A stretch of 64,000 nucleotides of DNA. It comes from Octopus vulgaris. Lineage: Eukaryota. The notes under the pieces are model-generated. The model searched no databases, was not told the DNA's origin, and worked only from the letters and a program-made list of their open reading frames with translations. Where the stretch lies: NCBI GenBank assembly GCA_951406725.2, contig OX597823.1:80476001-80540000 (forward strand), given 5' to 3'. The position numbers were made by a program, and so were the translations under genes. Position 1 is the first letter of the stretch; each line of letters starts with the position of its first letter. This document shows, in pieces, positions 63,600-64,000 of the stretch.

Positions 63600-64000
63600 T
63601 GACGTTTACGAATTCATAAGTGAATGTGAGGATTACTCAGAAGCAATTCAAACTCTGGAGGGAGTACTTGAAACCTTATAATAAGCTTTTAAACTTTGAT
63701 ATTTGAGTTTGAGTTTATAACAGGTACGATTTTGAATACCTACCTAGTTGTGAGTAACTGCCTTGAGAGACAAAGAAAGACAAAGGAGTAAACTTGATCA
63801 TCCAGAATAGAGCTACGATGGAAGTCGACAATCTCTAAGCAAATCTTGTAGCCACTTTGGATACAAGTACCATTTTATTGTTCAGCACTTCTTTGCACAT
63901 CAACAATGTTGAGAAGGAAATGCCTATGTCTGGACCACTCGGCATCTCTCTGCATTCGGCCCACTCGTTCGTTGGCGAGGTCACTTTTGTACACTGTGAA
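63600..64000 (-). mobile_element. Possible decayed AP-endonuclease fragment of a LINE (runs off the window)
   Basis: Minus frame FTVYKSDLANERVG resembles the Y/F..R.DR...RGGG motif of CR1/L2 AP endonucleases; heavily degenerate. Confidence 0.35.

Overview
AT-rich, repeat-dense eukaryotic DNA. The SINE repertoire and microsatellite load point to an octopod cephalopod (Octopus-like); this is inference, not a database match. One host protein-coding gene can be reconstructed on the minus strand from GT-AG sites and phase continuity: coding exons 48082-46852, 39208-39099, 36683-36600, 33920-33809, 31922-31810 and 30498-30409, giving 579 aa. The product is an unrecognised Ser/Pro-rich, probably disordered protein ending in NSLV. 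Its promoter probably lies near 59.9-60.1 kb and its 3' UTR may run to about 24.7 kb. The rest is mostly mobile DNA: at least five SINE families, a young 5'-truncated CR1 LINE with an open RT frame (8662-10127), decayed CR1, RTE, RLE-type, Gypsy and mariner remnants, and piggyBac-, hAT-, mariner- and Merlin-like MITEs. The main observation is a short non-autonomous element with a tRNA-like Pol III head, a minimal type-I hammerhead ribozyme and a Penelope-style inverted 5' arm (copies at 1500-1799 and 38575-38883), i.e. a candidate Penelope-mobilised, ribozyme-bearing SINE. Five further hammerhead-like motifs from other families are present. Other points: a 94-bp target-site duplication, self-targeting SINE multimers, tail-swapped SINEs, a Kozak-optimal uORF one base out of frame with the host CDS, and a CpG-decay footprint over the gene body. 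Repeat boundaries were read by eye and are approximate.
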